Positions 21,344 to 31,115 of a stretch of 64,000 bases of DNA are shown one piece after another. The notes beneath the pieces were generated by a model. That model was not told the DNA's origin and did not search any database. It saw nothing but the letters and a program-made list of their open reading frames with translations. Made by a program: the position numbers and the translations under genes. This stretch comes from a virus: IMG/VR virus record IMGVR_UViG_3300019776_000165, positions 1 through 64,000 of that record, one strand, 5' to 3'. Each line of letters begins with the position of its first letter. Position 1 is the first letter of the stretch.

Positions 21344-22780
21344 TTAGAGTGACTGGCTAGGGGTGTAGGTGCTTGGGTCAACGCCCAACTCCGATGCGAT
21401 GGCATCGTAGCGAGTGTCGAACTGCATACGGACAACGGAACGCTCGGCCTCGCTGAAGTTGTTCACGAACGAGGAGACTGCGAACTTGAGGTTGAAGTCC
21501 TGCACATCTCGTACAAACGAGAGGAGCATACGAAGACCAACACGAGTACGCAACTTGGCTCGCTCGGTCTTGTTGACATAGCGTAGGGCGTTAGCGAACT
21601 CCAACAGCGTGGCACTTGGAATCAACTGCGACTCAATGAGTGCGTCAACCTCGAACTCCAACTTAGGGTTGAAGCGGTCGTACAGGGCACTGTCCTGCTT
21701 CTGTGCACCGCTGTAGTCGCTACCGAGGTTCTGGTCGGCTACGAACAGCACCTCTGGGTGGACATCGATGACCTCGTTGAGCATTGGGATACGCAACTTA
21801 CGCTCGTTGAGCAGACCAAGCCACAGCGGTGCATTGTGGGCAGGCTGACGGCTGAACTCGTTGAGCAGGATTACCGAAGGGCGAGTAATGGCCGTGGCCA
21901 ACTCGGAGTAGTGCCAGTCCCAACTGGTGTTGCCGTTGGCTAGTGGGGTGGGGAGCAAGCGACCTTGGGTAATGTCGGTGGTCAACTCAATGGAGCACTC
22001 GATTACCACATAGGGCAACTTGGCAAAGGCCGCATACTGCTCAACGCTAATGCTCTTGCCAGTACCAGCATCGCCAGTAGCAAGCACCGAACGGCTAGAA
22101 CGGCGTGACTTGTCGTACACCTCGAACAAAGGCACACCGTCAAAGGTGCGGTCAATGTAGGCAGGGTTGACAGGAGGTACGCTTAGCGGAGCGTAACGGC
22201 GATTGATTTCAGCACTAGTTTGCCTTGGGCTCTCTGGTGCTAGGAAGGCCGAGGTCTGTGGGGCAGGCTCTGCAACCTGTAGCACAGGCTCGACAGCGAT
22301 TGGCTGTGGCATTGGTGGGTTCTCCTCACGAACGAGTAGGATACTTCCCAGCGACTTGGTGTACTTGACCAAGTCAAGGGGAGTGTGGGTAGCGATGCTA
22401 AGCACTTCGCTTGACACCTCGGAGGTGCTACGACCGCTGACCTTGTTCTGGCTCTCAACGGCTCGCACCAACTTCTGTAGGAGGGTGGTGTACTTACCCT
22501 CCGACTCATACTGTCGGTCATCAGCAGGGGTGATAGCAAGGCTGACAGGACGGCCAAGGACTACGCCACCTGACACAGTCATGTGGTTCTGGCTGAGTTC
22601 GACCCAAGCACCAGAGATGCCACGCTGTTTGCTACCAAGCACACGGCGAGTGTAGCCAATGACACCGTTCTGGGTAGGAATGTAGACAATCTGCTGAACG
22701 CTGTCAGAAGACTGTTTGAAGTAGTTGAGGTTGTTTCCATGAGGACTCTCTACGAGAGACTGGAAGATAGTGGCGTACAT
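21344..22780 (-). CDS. MoxR/CbbQ-like AAA+ ATPase
   Basis: Walker A GDAGTGKS, Walker B ILLNE, DSALYDRF arginine finger; adjacent to vWA gene. Confidence 0.85.
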   Translation of the reverse strand: MYATIFQSLVESPHGNNLNYFKQSSDSVQQIVYIPTQNGVIGYTRRVLGSKQRGISGAWVELSQNHMTVSGGVVLGRPVSLAITPADDRQYESEGKYTTLLQKLVRAVESQNKVSGRSTSEVSSEVLSIATHTPLDLVKYTKSLGSILLVREENPPMPQPIAVEPVLQVAEPAPQTSAFLAPESPRQTSAEINRRYAPLSVPPVNPAYIDRTFDGVPLFEVYDKSRRSSRSVLATGDAGTGKSISVEQYAAFAKLPYVVIECSIELTTDITQGRLLPTPLANGNTSWDWHYSELATAITRPSVILLNEFSRQPAHNAPLWLGLLNERKLRIPMLNEVIDVHPEVLFVADQNLGSDYSGAQKQDSALYDRFNPKLEFEVDALIESQLIPSATLLEFANALRYVNKTERAKLRTRVGLRMLLSFVRDVQDFNLKFAVSSFVNNFSEAERSVVRMQFDTRYDAIASELGVDPSTYTPSQSL

Positions 22781-22856
22781 GATTTCCTTTCTTGTGCCAC
22801 GAATGAGGGGCTTGGTGGCTGGCAGGGGGGGTAGCCAGCCACCAAGTTGTTGCACC

Positions 22857-22894
22857 CTTTAGCCCCCACTTAGGGACTATCAGGTAAACTTAGT
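22857..22894 (-). promoter_or_regulatory. Promoter-like repeat, copy 2
   Basis: ACTAAGTTTACCTGATAGT-N7-TGGGGGCTAAAG upstream of the AAA gene. Confidence 0.75.
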
Positions 22895-22907
22895 AGAGCC
22901 CTTGTGG

Positions 22908-24961
22908 TTACTGGGCTTCAGGGCTACTTGGTGTGGGTACGCTTGCACCCAACTCCATGGCCATGGCTATGGCATCGTCCAAGGTGTCCACGACATCGCT
23001 GTACCATGAGGTATCACGCTCCGTACGCACCTCAAACCACGAGTTGTCCACCCAGTTGAACACCTCGTCACCTAGCGTGTTGAAGTGGCCGAGGTCTTTG
23101 TCCGTAAGGACTCCGATACGCTCCAACTGGTCGGTGTAACGAATGACTTGTGCGTCTTCGCCCAACTTGGGCTTGTACAGAATACGCATCTCACCGTTGC
23201 GTACCACATAGTATGGGGTCTCGTCCGACTCCCACACCACCTCCACGCCTTCTTGGTTGGTGTAGAACGCTGAGTCTTGCCTCTGCTCGTTCATCTAGTC
23301 CTTCACTTCCTCTAGGGATTTCACCCAATCAACTTCTGCCACTAGTTTCCTTTCTTCTCTAGGTACTTGTACAGGCTGTCTGTCCACTCGTCATTGACTG
23401 GGCTAATGTAATCGTCCAGTGCTTGACCGAGTACATCGTTGGTCTCTGCCCATGCGTCTTCCACATCGGCGTCCTCGATGTCCTCGCAGTTTACCTGCAC
23501 ATCTTCCTTCGACCACCAAGTGATTACCAACTCTTCATCTGGCTGGTAGTACTTGGTCAAGGTCTCGATAATCTGCTTGACTGTCTGTCCGCTCATTACT
23601 TGCTCTCCTCTATCTCGGTTACTTCTACGCTGTCTTGAATCTCTGCGCCGAACATCTGCTCGTTCTCGTACTCTCCACCATGAAACTTAGCGAGGGCTTC
23701 CTGCTCGTTGTCTGCTTCGATGTTTGCATAGAACCATTGCTCTCGTGTCCATTCGACTCGGTAAGTTGCCATTAGTCGTTCTCCTCTACATTTAGAATGT
23801 CTTCTACAATGACGAGCCACGCCGAGCAATACTGGCAATGCTCTCTAGTCGCAGGAAGTGGGTGGTCTTTGGTCAGCCCCTCTAGTGCGTCAAGCACTTC
23901 GTCCAACTCGTGCATTAGTTGTTCTCCTTACTCGTACTCGATGCAGTCAGAGTGGAAACCCTGCACTTCATCGTCCTCGTCATCGTCATCGTTCCACTCA
24001 AGGTGGCAGATGTTACAGCCACCCTCGAATGGGGTTGGCTGATAGGGCTGGTACACATCGGTGTCACAGCCACAGGCTGGGCGGTCTTCACAGTCGCACA
24101 TCGTGTTGCCTCTCTACTTGTTTGCCTTGGCCTCTGCTAGGCCGATTGGTTGTCGCAGTCGTGGCACAGGCCACCCCAAGGGTCGTTCTCTGGCAGAGGT
24201 GCTTCGCACTCACCGCACAAAGACTCCTCGTCCTTTTCGACTGAGTATGGGGTTAGGTGTTCTACGACTTGTTCGTAGATGTCTTGAAACGGAGAGTCAG
24301 GTAGCACCTGCCCCTGTAGTAGTTGGGCGAGGTGACCAGAGACTTCGTCTAGGTCTTGCTCGTCAATCCAGATAGGGTATCTTGGCATTAGTTGCTCTCC
24401 TCTACTTGCTGGTCTTTGGTCACGAGGTACGAGACGAACCCATCGAGTCGCAGGTCATCTACAACCGCATGGGCTGGTGCTGTCGAGCGACCCTTCCATA
24501 AGACTCCTTTAGGCAGGTCAATAAGCAGGGTCTCGTTGTCTTCTGCTACTGCTTCGACTGCCTTCTCGGCAGGCTCGACCATGTACTGCGGTACAGGTGG
24601 GTAACAGTTGGTCTGGAAGTGCAGGCTGATTGCCGACTTCATGTCCGTGCTACTGGCTAAACCGTACGCTGTGCTGTACCCCATTACTTCCACGCTCCTT
24701 CTAGCGTTGCGGTGTTGTCCTCTGGCTCGTCAAAGGCTTGCTTCAACTCTTCCTCGGTCAGGTTGTCAATACGCTTGAGGCCAGCGAACAGCACTCCTTC
24801 GAGTGCCTTGGTGAAGTCTTCCATTACTTGCTTCCTTCCATGAATAGGTTGTTCAGCCATTCTGCGAAACTGTTGTCACAGGCTTCGCAGAGTGGGTGAA
24901 CTTGGTCGGCGTGTTCAACCTCGATTGAGGCGTGGCACTTGTAGCACTCGGTCTTGGTCAT
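22908..24961 (-). other. Cluster of small acidic hypothetical genes (e.g. 22908-23294, 23342-23596, 24137-24388, 24388-24684)
   Basis: Coupled short ORFs with RBS. Confidence 0.7.
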
Positions 24962-25341
24962 TCGGCTACCGCTGGCTCTTGAACAAGGACGGTACGAGTG
25001 TAGTTGGAAGTACCCCACGACAGGTCGTGTCCAAGGGCTTCGCCTTCAACCTCAATGGTTGTTCCAGCGTGGTGTCCGTTGTCCCAGTCCTTGACTCGTA
25101 CTCGACCGCTTACCACAATGCGGTCACCCTTCGAGATTGAGTGGCTTACATTTATAGCCAACTGGCGGAAGACGGTGATGGTGTACCAGTTGTTGTCACC
25201 ATTGACCCACTTTTCGTTCTTTGCGTCCCACCGTCTCTCGCTTGAGGCTAGGCGGAACGAGGTAATCGGGATACCGTCTTGGGTCACTAGGTGGCGTGGA
25301 GTAGTGGCTACTAGCCCAGTCACAGTAATGCGGTCAATCAT
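24958..25341 (-). CDS. ssb: Single-stranded DNA-binding protein
   Basis: ITVTGLVATTP...SFRLAS...WYTITVFRQLA.NV..SISKGDRIVVSGR OB fold. Confidence 0.92.
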   Translation of the reverse strand: MIDRITVTGLVATTPRHLVTQDGIPITSFRLASSERRWDAKNEKWVNGDNNWYTITVFRQLAINVSHSISKGDRIVVSGRVRVKDWDNGHHAGTTIEVEGEALGHDLSWGTSNYTRTVLVQEPAVAE

Positions 25342-25371
25342 GTTGCTCTCCTTCTTGGTTGGTGTTGCTTC

Positions 25372-25409
25372 CTTTAGCCCCCACTTGAGGACTATCAGGT
25401 AAAGTTAGT
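25372..25409 (-). promoter_or_regulatory. Promoter-like repeat, copy 3
   Basis: ACTAACTTTACCTGATAGT-N7-TGGGGGCTAAAG upstream of ssb. Confidence 0.75.
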
Positions 25410-25697
25410 GTTGCTGTCTAGAAATGCTCTTTCATGTACCACTCTGAGCGGTTGGTGTCGAGCAGGGCTTCGAACTCTTCCTCCGAGGACACCCAATAGA
25501 AAACTGCATCGTCCACCTGCTCGGCTAGAGGGTTACCCTTCTCCAGAGCCTCGTAGAACTGGTCGTAGAGAGGCTTGTTGGGCAAGAATCCGATGTTGTA
25601 ATCTCCTCCCCACATTCCGTCTTGCCAGACGATAGTGCGTGGACGGAGTTGGTAGTGGTCGTACCACATGGTGCTTCCTTTCCTAGAGCGTTGTTGC

Positions 25698-25741
25698 TCG
25701 TGCCTGTCGGGGACTCGCACCCCGATGTCTGCTAGTCAGGC
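25698..25741 (-). ncRNA. tRNA-like minihelix element A
   Basis: GCCTG-ACTAGCAGACA-TCGGGG-TGCGAGT-CCCCGA-CAGGC-ACGA. Confidence 0.7.
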
Positions 25742-27858
25742 TGTTACTTGTTTGCCTTGGCCTCGCCTCGCCGTGTGTACCAGCGACTAGAACGAAGGGT
25801 CACGGTAGTCAATGGCTTTGCCAACCAACAACCGAGCGTGGCTCGAACACCACCTGCCTCGCTTGTCCTGTCGGAAGTCGGTGACCGCTTCGCCTCGCTC
25901 AAACTTGAATCCCACGATTCGTACGAAGCCTTTCTTGTCCCCACTCTTGTACCGAATGAGGTACTCGACTGACCCAGCGTACGAGTCGCTACCAATGTAG
26001 AAGGTGGCTGGTGTACCAGCCTCTGCTTCTTCGACCACGAGGTCGTGTTGCAGTTGCTGGATACGGTCGTTCATGTCCCGCAACTTACGGTACTCTTCGT
26101 GGTTGAACTTGTCCCCCACGCTGGCTCGTTGGTGCAACTCGTTGTCCAAACGAGTGACCTCGGCTTCGAGGTCTGCTACCTGCTGTCGCAGGGTGGTTGA
26201 TGAATCAGTTACCATGGTGTGTCCTTCCTAGTTGGCGGTGGCTTCGAGGTACTTCCAGTTACGCTTCTCAATGGCTCGTGCATTGTAGACACCGCTCATG
26301 TCACCACAGCACTTCGAGCCATAGGGGCAGGCTGAGTAGCGGTCACGCAACAACCGAGGGTGGTGCTTCTTACCCTTGCGGTTCTTGTAGTTGGTGTAGC
26401 CGTCCTCGTTCAAGCCGAACTGTACCTCGGCTGGCTTGTCCTTGTAGGTGTTGCTCATGTATCTCTCCTTAGTCGGTGGTGCTTCGTCCGAAGGTGGTGC
26501 TTACGCTGGCATAGCCAGACAGGTCGTACTCGTAGGTGTCCCACACTACGAAGCCCTGTGGTATGTGGCTTCGGCAGTAGTGACCTGCCCAGTCCCCACT
26601 ACCTTTGCCTCCAGCGTAGACCGTGGCTGGTATCGTGCAAGGGTGACCGTCATGCTGTGTCTCGCATGACTTCACCTCGTCCTTGATGATGATGTGTCCC
26701 ATGTTGTCCTCCTATAGGTAACGGTCGGGAATGTGGTCTTCGTGTCCCTGCTCTTCAGCACCCTCTTCAAGCGAGGCTAGGAACTTGCCGTGGTCACGAA
26801 TCAACTTGCCGAACCTTGCTAGTGCCTTGCCGTACGAGGTGTACTCCTTCGGCTCTTGTCCACCCCATGAGTAGACTCGGTCGTAAGGGTCAAGGTCGTT
26901 GGCTGTGTACTTCTCGACAGACCAGCGTGGCTTGCCGTCGTTGTAGTACTGCCCCGACTTCCACGACAACTCGATGATAGTCGGGCTTTCAGGGTCACCT
27001 AGAAACAGGCGTTCGTTCATTACTTACCTCCGTTGTTGAGTGAACGCTGGTTGTCTTCCAGCAGGTTGGTGTAGAACCGCTTCAACCATTGGGTCTTGGT
27101 CTCGCTTGAGACATTGGTTGAGTACCCCACACGAGCCTTGATGTCGGCCAAGGTGTAGGGGTAACGCTTGACGGTGTTGGTGGCTTGGTCAAGCCCTGAG
27201 AGTACTGCTCCTCTTGTGCCTTCCCAGAGACTGATTCGGGTGAACACATCGGCAACATTCTCTTCGGTGATACGACCGACTCCAACTGCCATGAGCAACC
27301 AGCAGAGGTTCACGGTCTTGCTCTTCTCCAACTCGTTGGAGTGTAGAGCGTCTAGGTTGGCTACCTTGGTAGCGTTCCAGTCAAGCGACATGGGCTTGTC
27401 CTTCCTTCGTTAGGCACTCAAGGCATTGACCGAGGAGTGCATGGTGTGTACTGACTTGGTTGTGGCAGAGGTCGCAGGTTATCTCGTACCCCATTAGGCG
27501 TTCGCTCCCTGCTTGGCTTTGTGGCAGTCGGAGCAACTCAGGTACTCCCAGCCGAACTCGGCACAGCGGTACACCAGTCCGTCTATCTCCACTTCGTCTC
27601 CGACAGACAGAGCGGTGTGGGTGCGGTCGGCAGGCAGGACTGGCTCGATGATGTCCCAGATGTTGCCCTCGTACCAGTTGGTCTGCTTGAAGAGGTCTTC
27701 GAGCAGGTACTTGTCCGAGTAGTCCTCGTACCAGAGAGAGATAGAGGCTTCGGCGTTCTTGTAGCCGAACTCCTTGGCTAGGTCGGTGGCTACCCAGCGA
27801 ATGACGATGTCGTGCTTCATGACTTGCTCCCTTCGAGCGGTTTGGGTGAGTGTGTTAC

Positions 27859-27902
27859 TCGTGCCAGCCGAGGACTCGAACCTCGGTGTCTGCCAGTCTG
27901 GC
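27859..27902 (-). ncRNA. tRNA-like minihelix element B
   Basis: GCCAG-ACTGGCAGACA-CCGAGG-TTCGAGT-CCTCGG-CTGGC-ACGA. Confidence 0.75.
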
Positions 27903-28266
27903 GGTGGTGCTACTTGGCGGTCTTCTTGGCAGGCTTCTTGGTTGCAGGCTTCTTGGTAACGCCAGCCTCCTTGTAGACCTTGAACGCCAGAGGCTTCTTG
28001 TCACCGAGGGTCTTGCGAAGCACGGTGAGCGTTGCCTTCAACTGCTTGCGGACATCGGCCGAGGTGTAGGAGACCTCGTACTCGAACTCGTCAGGGTCTT
28101 TCTCGTACGACAGAGCCTGCTTCAACTTGGTGTCCTGCTGGAGAGCCAACTTGCGGACAGCCTCGGTCAGGATAGCCACCTCGTTCACGGCGAGGGTGAC
28201 TGACTCGGTGGTGGTCGTTGCGGTCATGGTGAGATTCCTTCTTGTTGGTGGATAGAGCGGTGTTGC

Positions 28267-28311
28267 TCGTGCCTCGGACAGGAGTCGAACCTGTCCTGCG
28301 ACCTTCGAGGC
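28267..28311 (-). ncRNA. tRNA-like minihelix element C
   Basis: GCCTCG-AAGGTCGCAG-GACAGG-TTCGACT-CCTGTC-CGAGGC-ACGA. Confidence 0.75.
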
Positions 28312-28635
28312 GGTTGGTGACTAGGCGAAGTACAGAGTCACAGCGGAGTCGAGCAGAGTGGTGAGTCGGTCGGACTCAGCCTGCTCAATGTCCTCGCTGG
28401 TGGCGTACGACCAGTTGGTGTTACGGCGGAACTTGGCGAACTGAGCCTCGATTCGCTCGACTGCCTCAGCCAGAGCCTCGGCGTTGATAGCGATGGGCTT
28501 GGCACGGTAGTCGGCTTCACGCTGAATCTCAGCGGTCAAGACATCGGCGATGAACTCGGTGGTGAACATGGTTGCTCCTCGGTTGTGGATAAAACGCCCC
28601 AACTTCTGGGGGTTACAGGGGGCGTAGCCCCCTGC

Positions 28636-28741
28636 TAGTGCCATGGACAGGATTCGAACCTGCAACTATCCCTTGGGATAGAACCATTGTCATCGAGACT
28701 GGATACTCGACCGACTACAACCAGAGGTTGTTTCGCATGGC
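28636..28741 (-). ncRNA. Expanded tRNA-like element D
   Basis: GCCATG/CATGGC acceptor-like stem, GCAGG-TTCGAAT-CCTGT T-arm, three internal hairpins. Confidence 0.65.
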
Positions 28742-29124
28742 TACCGAAGACTATTTATACTCCCGACACTCAGTTGGTTTTCGCCTGTCCCAAGCCCAAT
28801 GTTGGTGGGTGTTTTTGTCGTTTTTTGCGGAGCCGAAGCAACGCCACGATTACCAGTCGTGGAACGCCAGAGGGTTGGTTAGGTGACCGAGCCTGTTCGC
28901 AGTTTCGTTCGATTCGTCCGACCGTATAGGTCGTTGTCCTCCCCCGAAGTGCGGTGGAACGCAGGTGGTATCACCAAGCGAACGCCAGCCGTTTTTGGCT
29001 GTGTCCCTTTGCGGAGTCTGCTGTTGAGTTGTCAAACCGTTTCTGCCCCTCCCGAAGGGAGAAGCACCGAGGTGAATCGGGCTGGTGGAGTGACGGCTGG
29101 GGAGCGGTACTCACACCATTCGAC

Positions 29125-29156
29125 CCCCACCCCATGACTATCAGGTAAAGTTAGTA
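29125..29156 (-). promoter_or_regulatory. Promoter-like repeat, copy 4 (head of the - strand region)
   Basis: ACTAACTTTACCTGATAGT-N7-TGGGGG. Confidence 0.75.
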
Positions 29157-29526
29157 GACCCCTTGGGAGAGTAAGGCGAGAGACCTGTTACCTACTCAGA
29201 ATGACCCCGTCTCGCCCGTAGTCTGGTGATACCGACAGACCGTCCTCGCACGACCTCAGACAGTAGCCCAGCAGGCCACAGGAGGCCCGTAGACGGCACG
29301 AAACCCCTCGGCAAGGGAATCACCCAGCCAGCCCCCCATCGCCCCCCTACAGCCCCCCCACGGTTAGACGAGGTTGCGAGCGAACCCGCCCCAGGTGACA
29401 GCCATGGTTGACGCTATAAAAGTCAGGCAGTAGCCTAAAACGACGATATTAGTTGTCTGTTAGGGGGTGAAACAACGGTTTCCGCACATTGGGTGGGGGG
29501 TTGACAACCGATTTAGTGGTTTATCC

Positions 29527-30036
29527 CTAAAAGGCCCCACCATCCTTGTCTTCAAAGGGGATAAACTCGCTTGGTGGCACATAGTAACGGTTCTCGAAGT
29601 ACTCGCCAACCTCTGGGACCTCTAACATTGGCAGGTAACCAAAGATGCGGACCTCTGAGAAGGTGGTGTCGTCGACAACTTCTGTGCCTACAAGGATTTT
29701 GCGGGCTTGGATGTCTTTTTCCCACACTGGGACACCGTCACGGGTGCGGCGTGAGCGCACTTCAATGTCTGTGCCAACATCTGGCAGGTTTTTGCGGTGG
29801 TTGTGTTCACTATTGGGGTAGGTGATTTGACCTCCCCATACTTGGTGTAAGTATTTTGCTACAGCCCATTCTGTGACGGCGGCTCGGAGCGACGCTAGAA
29901 GGTCATGCTCTAAATACTTTTTGTTGTTACCAGCGTAGGATGGCTTGTCTATGGAGCCCCACTTGCCCATCCACCTGTGTTTGGCGGCGTCTACGCACTG
30001 ATGTACTTCTTCTTTTGTTAAATGAACAGTTATCAT
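29527..30036 (-). CDS. Possible PD-(D/E)xK nuclease-fold protein
   Basis: TEWAVAKYL...LPDVGTDIEVRS. Confidence 0.5.
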   Translation of the reverse strand: MITVHLTKEEVHQCVDAAKHRWMGKWGSIDKPSYAGNNKKYLEHDLLASLRAAVTEWAVAKYLHQVWGGQITYPNSEHNHRKNLPDVGTDIEVRSRRTRDGVPVWEKDIQARKILVGTEVVDDTTFSEVRIFGYLPMLEVPEVGEYFENRYYVPPSEFIPFEDKDGGAF

Positions 30037-30199
30037 TTAATCCTCCTCACTGTCCAGTCTAGTGGTGTGGGGGAGATTTTCCAAGACGGTGGGGGGATGT
30101 TTTCCAACAGCGAAACAAGCAATAATGGTGGGGCGTTTTACGATTAAATTTAGGTTTCTATCTGTCACACTAATAGAAAGACTTTAAGGAGTTAATGTC

Positions 30200-30457
30200 A
30201 TGGAGTTCAGCAACCAGCCAATCCACAAGTTGCGTAGAGGCGCAGTCTACTCGATTGCATCCGCAACAGGTGCAGCCATGGGACTTGCAGCAGGCCACCA
30301 AATGGGGCTACCAGCAGACGCAGACTTTTGGCACCACGCCGTAGGAGACGCAGTACTAGCAGCCAGCGTAGCAGCCCCCGCACTAACAGCGGGCATCCTA
30401 CACGGCACCGCTAAACTACACGACGCCGTCAGCAAGCGCCAATTCAAGCGCCGCTAA
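30200..30457 (+). CDS. Small membrane protein
   Basis: Two Ala-rich hydrophobic segments; AAGGAG RBS. Confidence 0.6.
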   Translation: MEFSNQPIHKLRRGAVYSIASATGAAMGLAAGHQMGLPADADFWHHAVGDAVLAASVAAPALTAGILHGTAKLHDAVSKRQFKRR

Positions 30458-30505
30458 AAAAAAGTTCAAGGGGCGTAAAAAAATTTCCCACGGTTGGAGC
30501 CTTCA

Positions 30506-30799
30506 ATGGATAGAAACGAAGAGTTTGTTCGTGGCCGTGGCTACAAACTGTCTGACATAAGTAAAGGCCAGAACAAGTTCACTCAGCCTTGTTTTGAGTG
30601 TGATAGACGTGTATACCGCAGCGAAGGGCACATTGTGAAGCCTGAGGGAACAGACAAGATTCAAACAGTCTGTGTGGGGTGCTCCAGCAAATGGTTGTCT
30701 AAGTTGTCTTTGAAAGATGACTTAGTTATGAAGAACCTCAAAGACCAGGCCTGGGCTGAGGATTACGCAAAGAAGCAGGGCGACGATGGGCAGAAGTAA
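30506..30799 (+). CDS. Zn-ribbon hypothetical protein
   Basis: CFEC...CVGC. Confidence 0.6.
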   Translation: MDRNEEFVRGRGYKLSDISKGQNKFTQPCFECDRRVYRSEGHIVKPEGTDKIQTVCVGCSSKWLSKLSLKDDLVMKNLKDQAWAEDYAKKQGDDGQK

Positions 30800-31115
30800 C
30801 GCAGACTTCCACGGTGTGGAGATTAGTATTAAAGGCCATGACGACCTGGAGTCTGCTCAAGAGCACGGTGGCCCTTGGACTATCGAAGCCCATAAGGGCA
30901 ATAAGCGGGTAGGTTACCTAGAGGGCAAAGGCGAAGTAAAAGATGTGTGGGTACATCCAGACCATAGACGTCAAGGTATTGCCTCTGCTATGTACCGTAA
31001 AGCCCGACAATTGGGCATGACTCACTCTACAATTAGAACTGACGAGGGTGAGGCTTGGGCAAAGAGCACAAATGATTATGAACCACGTTGGCTAAGGAGC
31101 ACACGCAATGACTAG
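30786..31115 (+). CDS. GNAT acetyltransferase
   Basis: VWVHPDHRRQGIASAMY acetyl-CoA motif A. Confidence 0.85.
   Translation: MGRSNADFHGVEISIKGHDDLESAQEHGGPWTIEAHKGNKRVGYLEGKGEVKDVWVHPDHRRQGIASAMYRKARQLGMTHSTIRTDEGEAWAKSTNDYEPRWLRSTRND

Larger units (their letters stand above)
25418..28569 (-). other. Proximal early genes, all hypothetical (25418-25669, 25787-26215, 26228-26458, 26469-26702, 26712-27020, 27020-27391, 27494-27820, 27910-28227, 28321-28569)
   Basis: ORFs with good RBS; interspersed with tRNA-like elements. Confidence 0.75.

Noticed and set aside
17557-24400. Recurrent AGGAG-N4-5-TAATG junctions on the - strand
   Set aside because: Adequately explained by RBS plus translational coupling; too short and variable to call a separate repeat family
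25698-28741. Elements A-D as true tRNA genes or attP remnants
   Set aside because: No proper D-arm or anticodon arm and no CCA; sequences differ with compensatory changes rather than being copies; no integrase in the window
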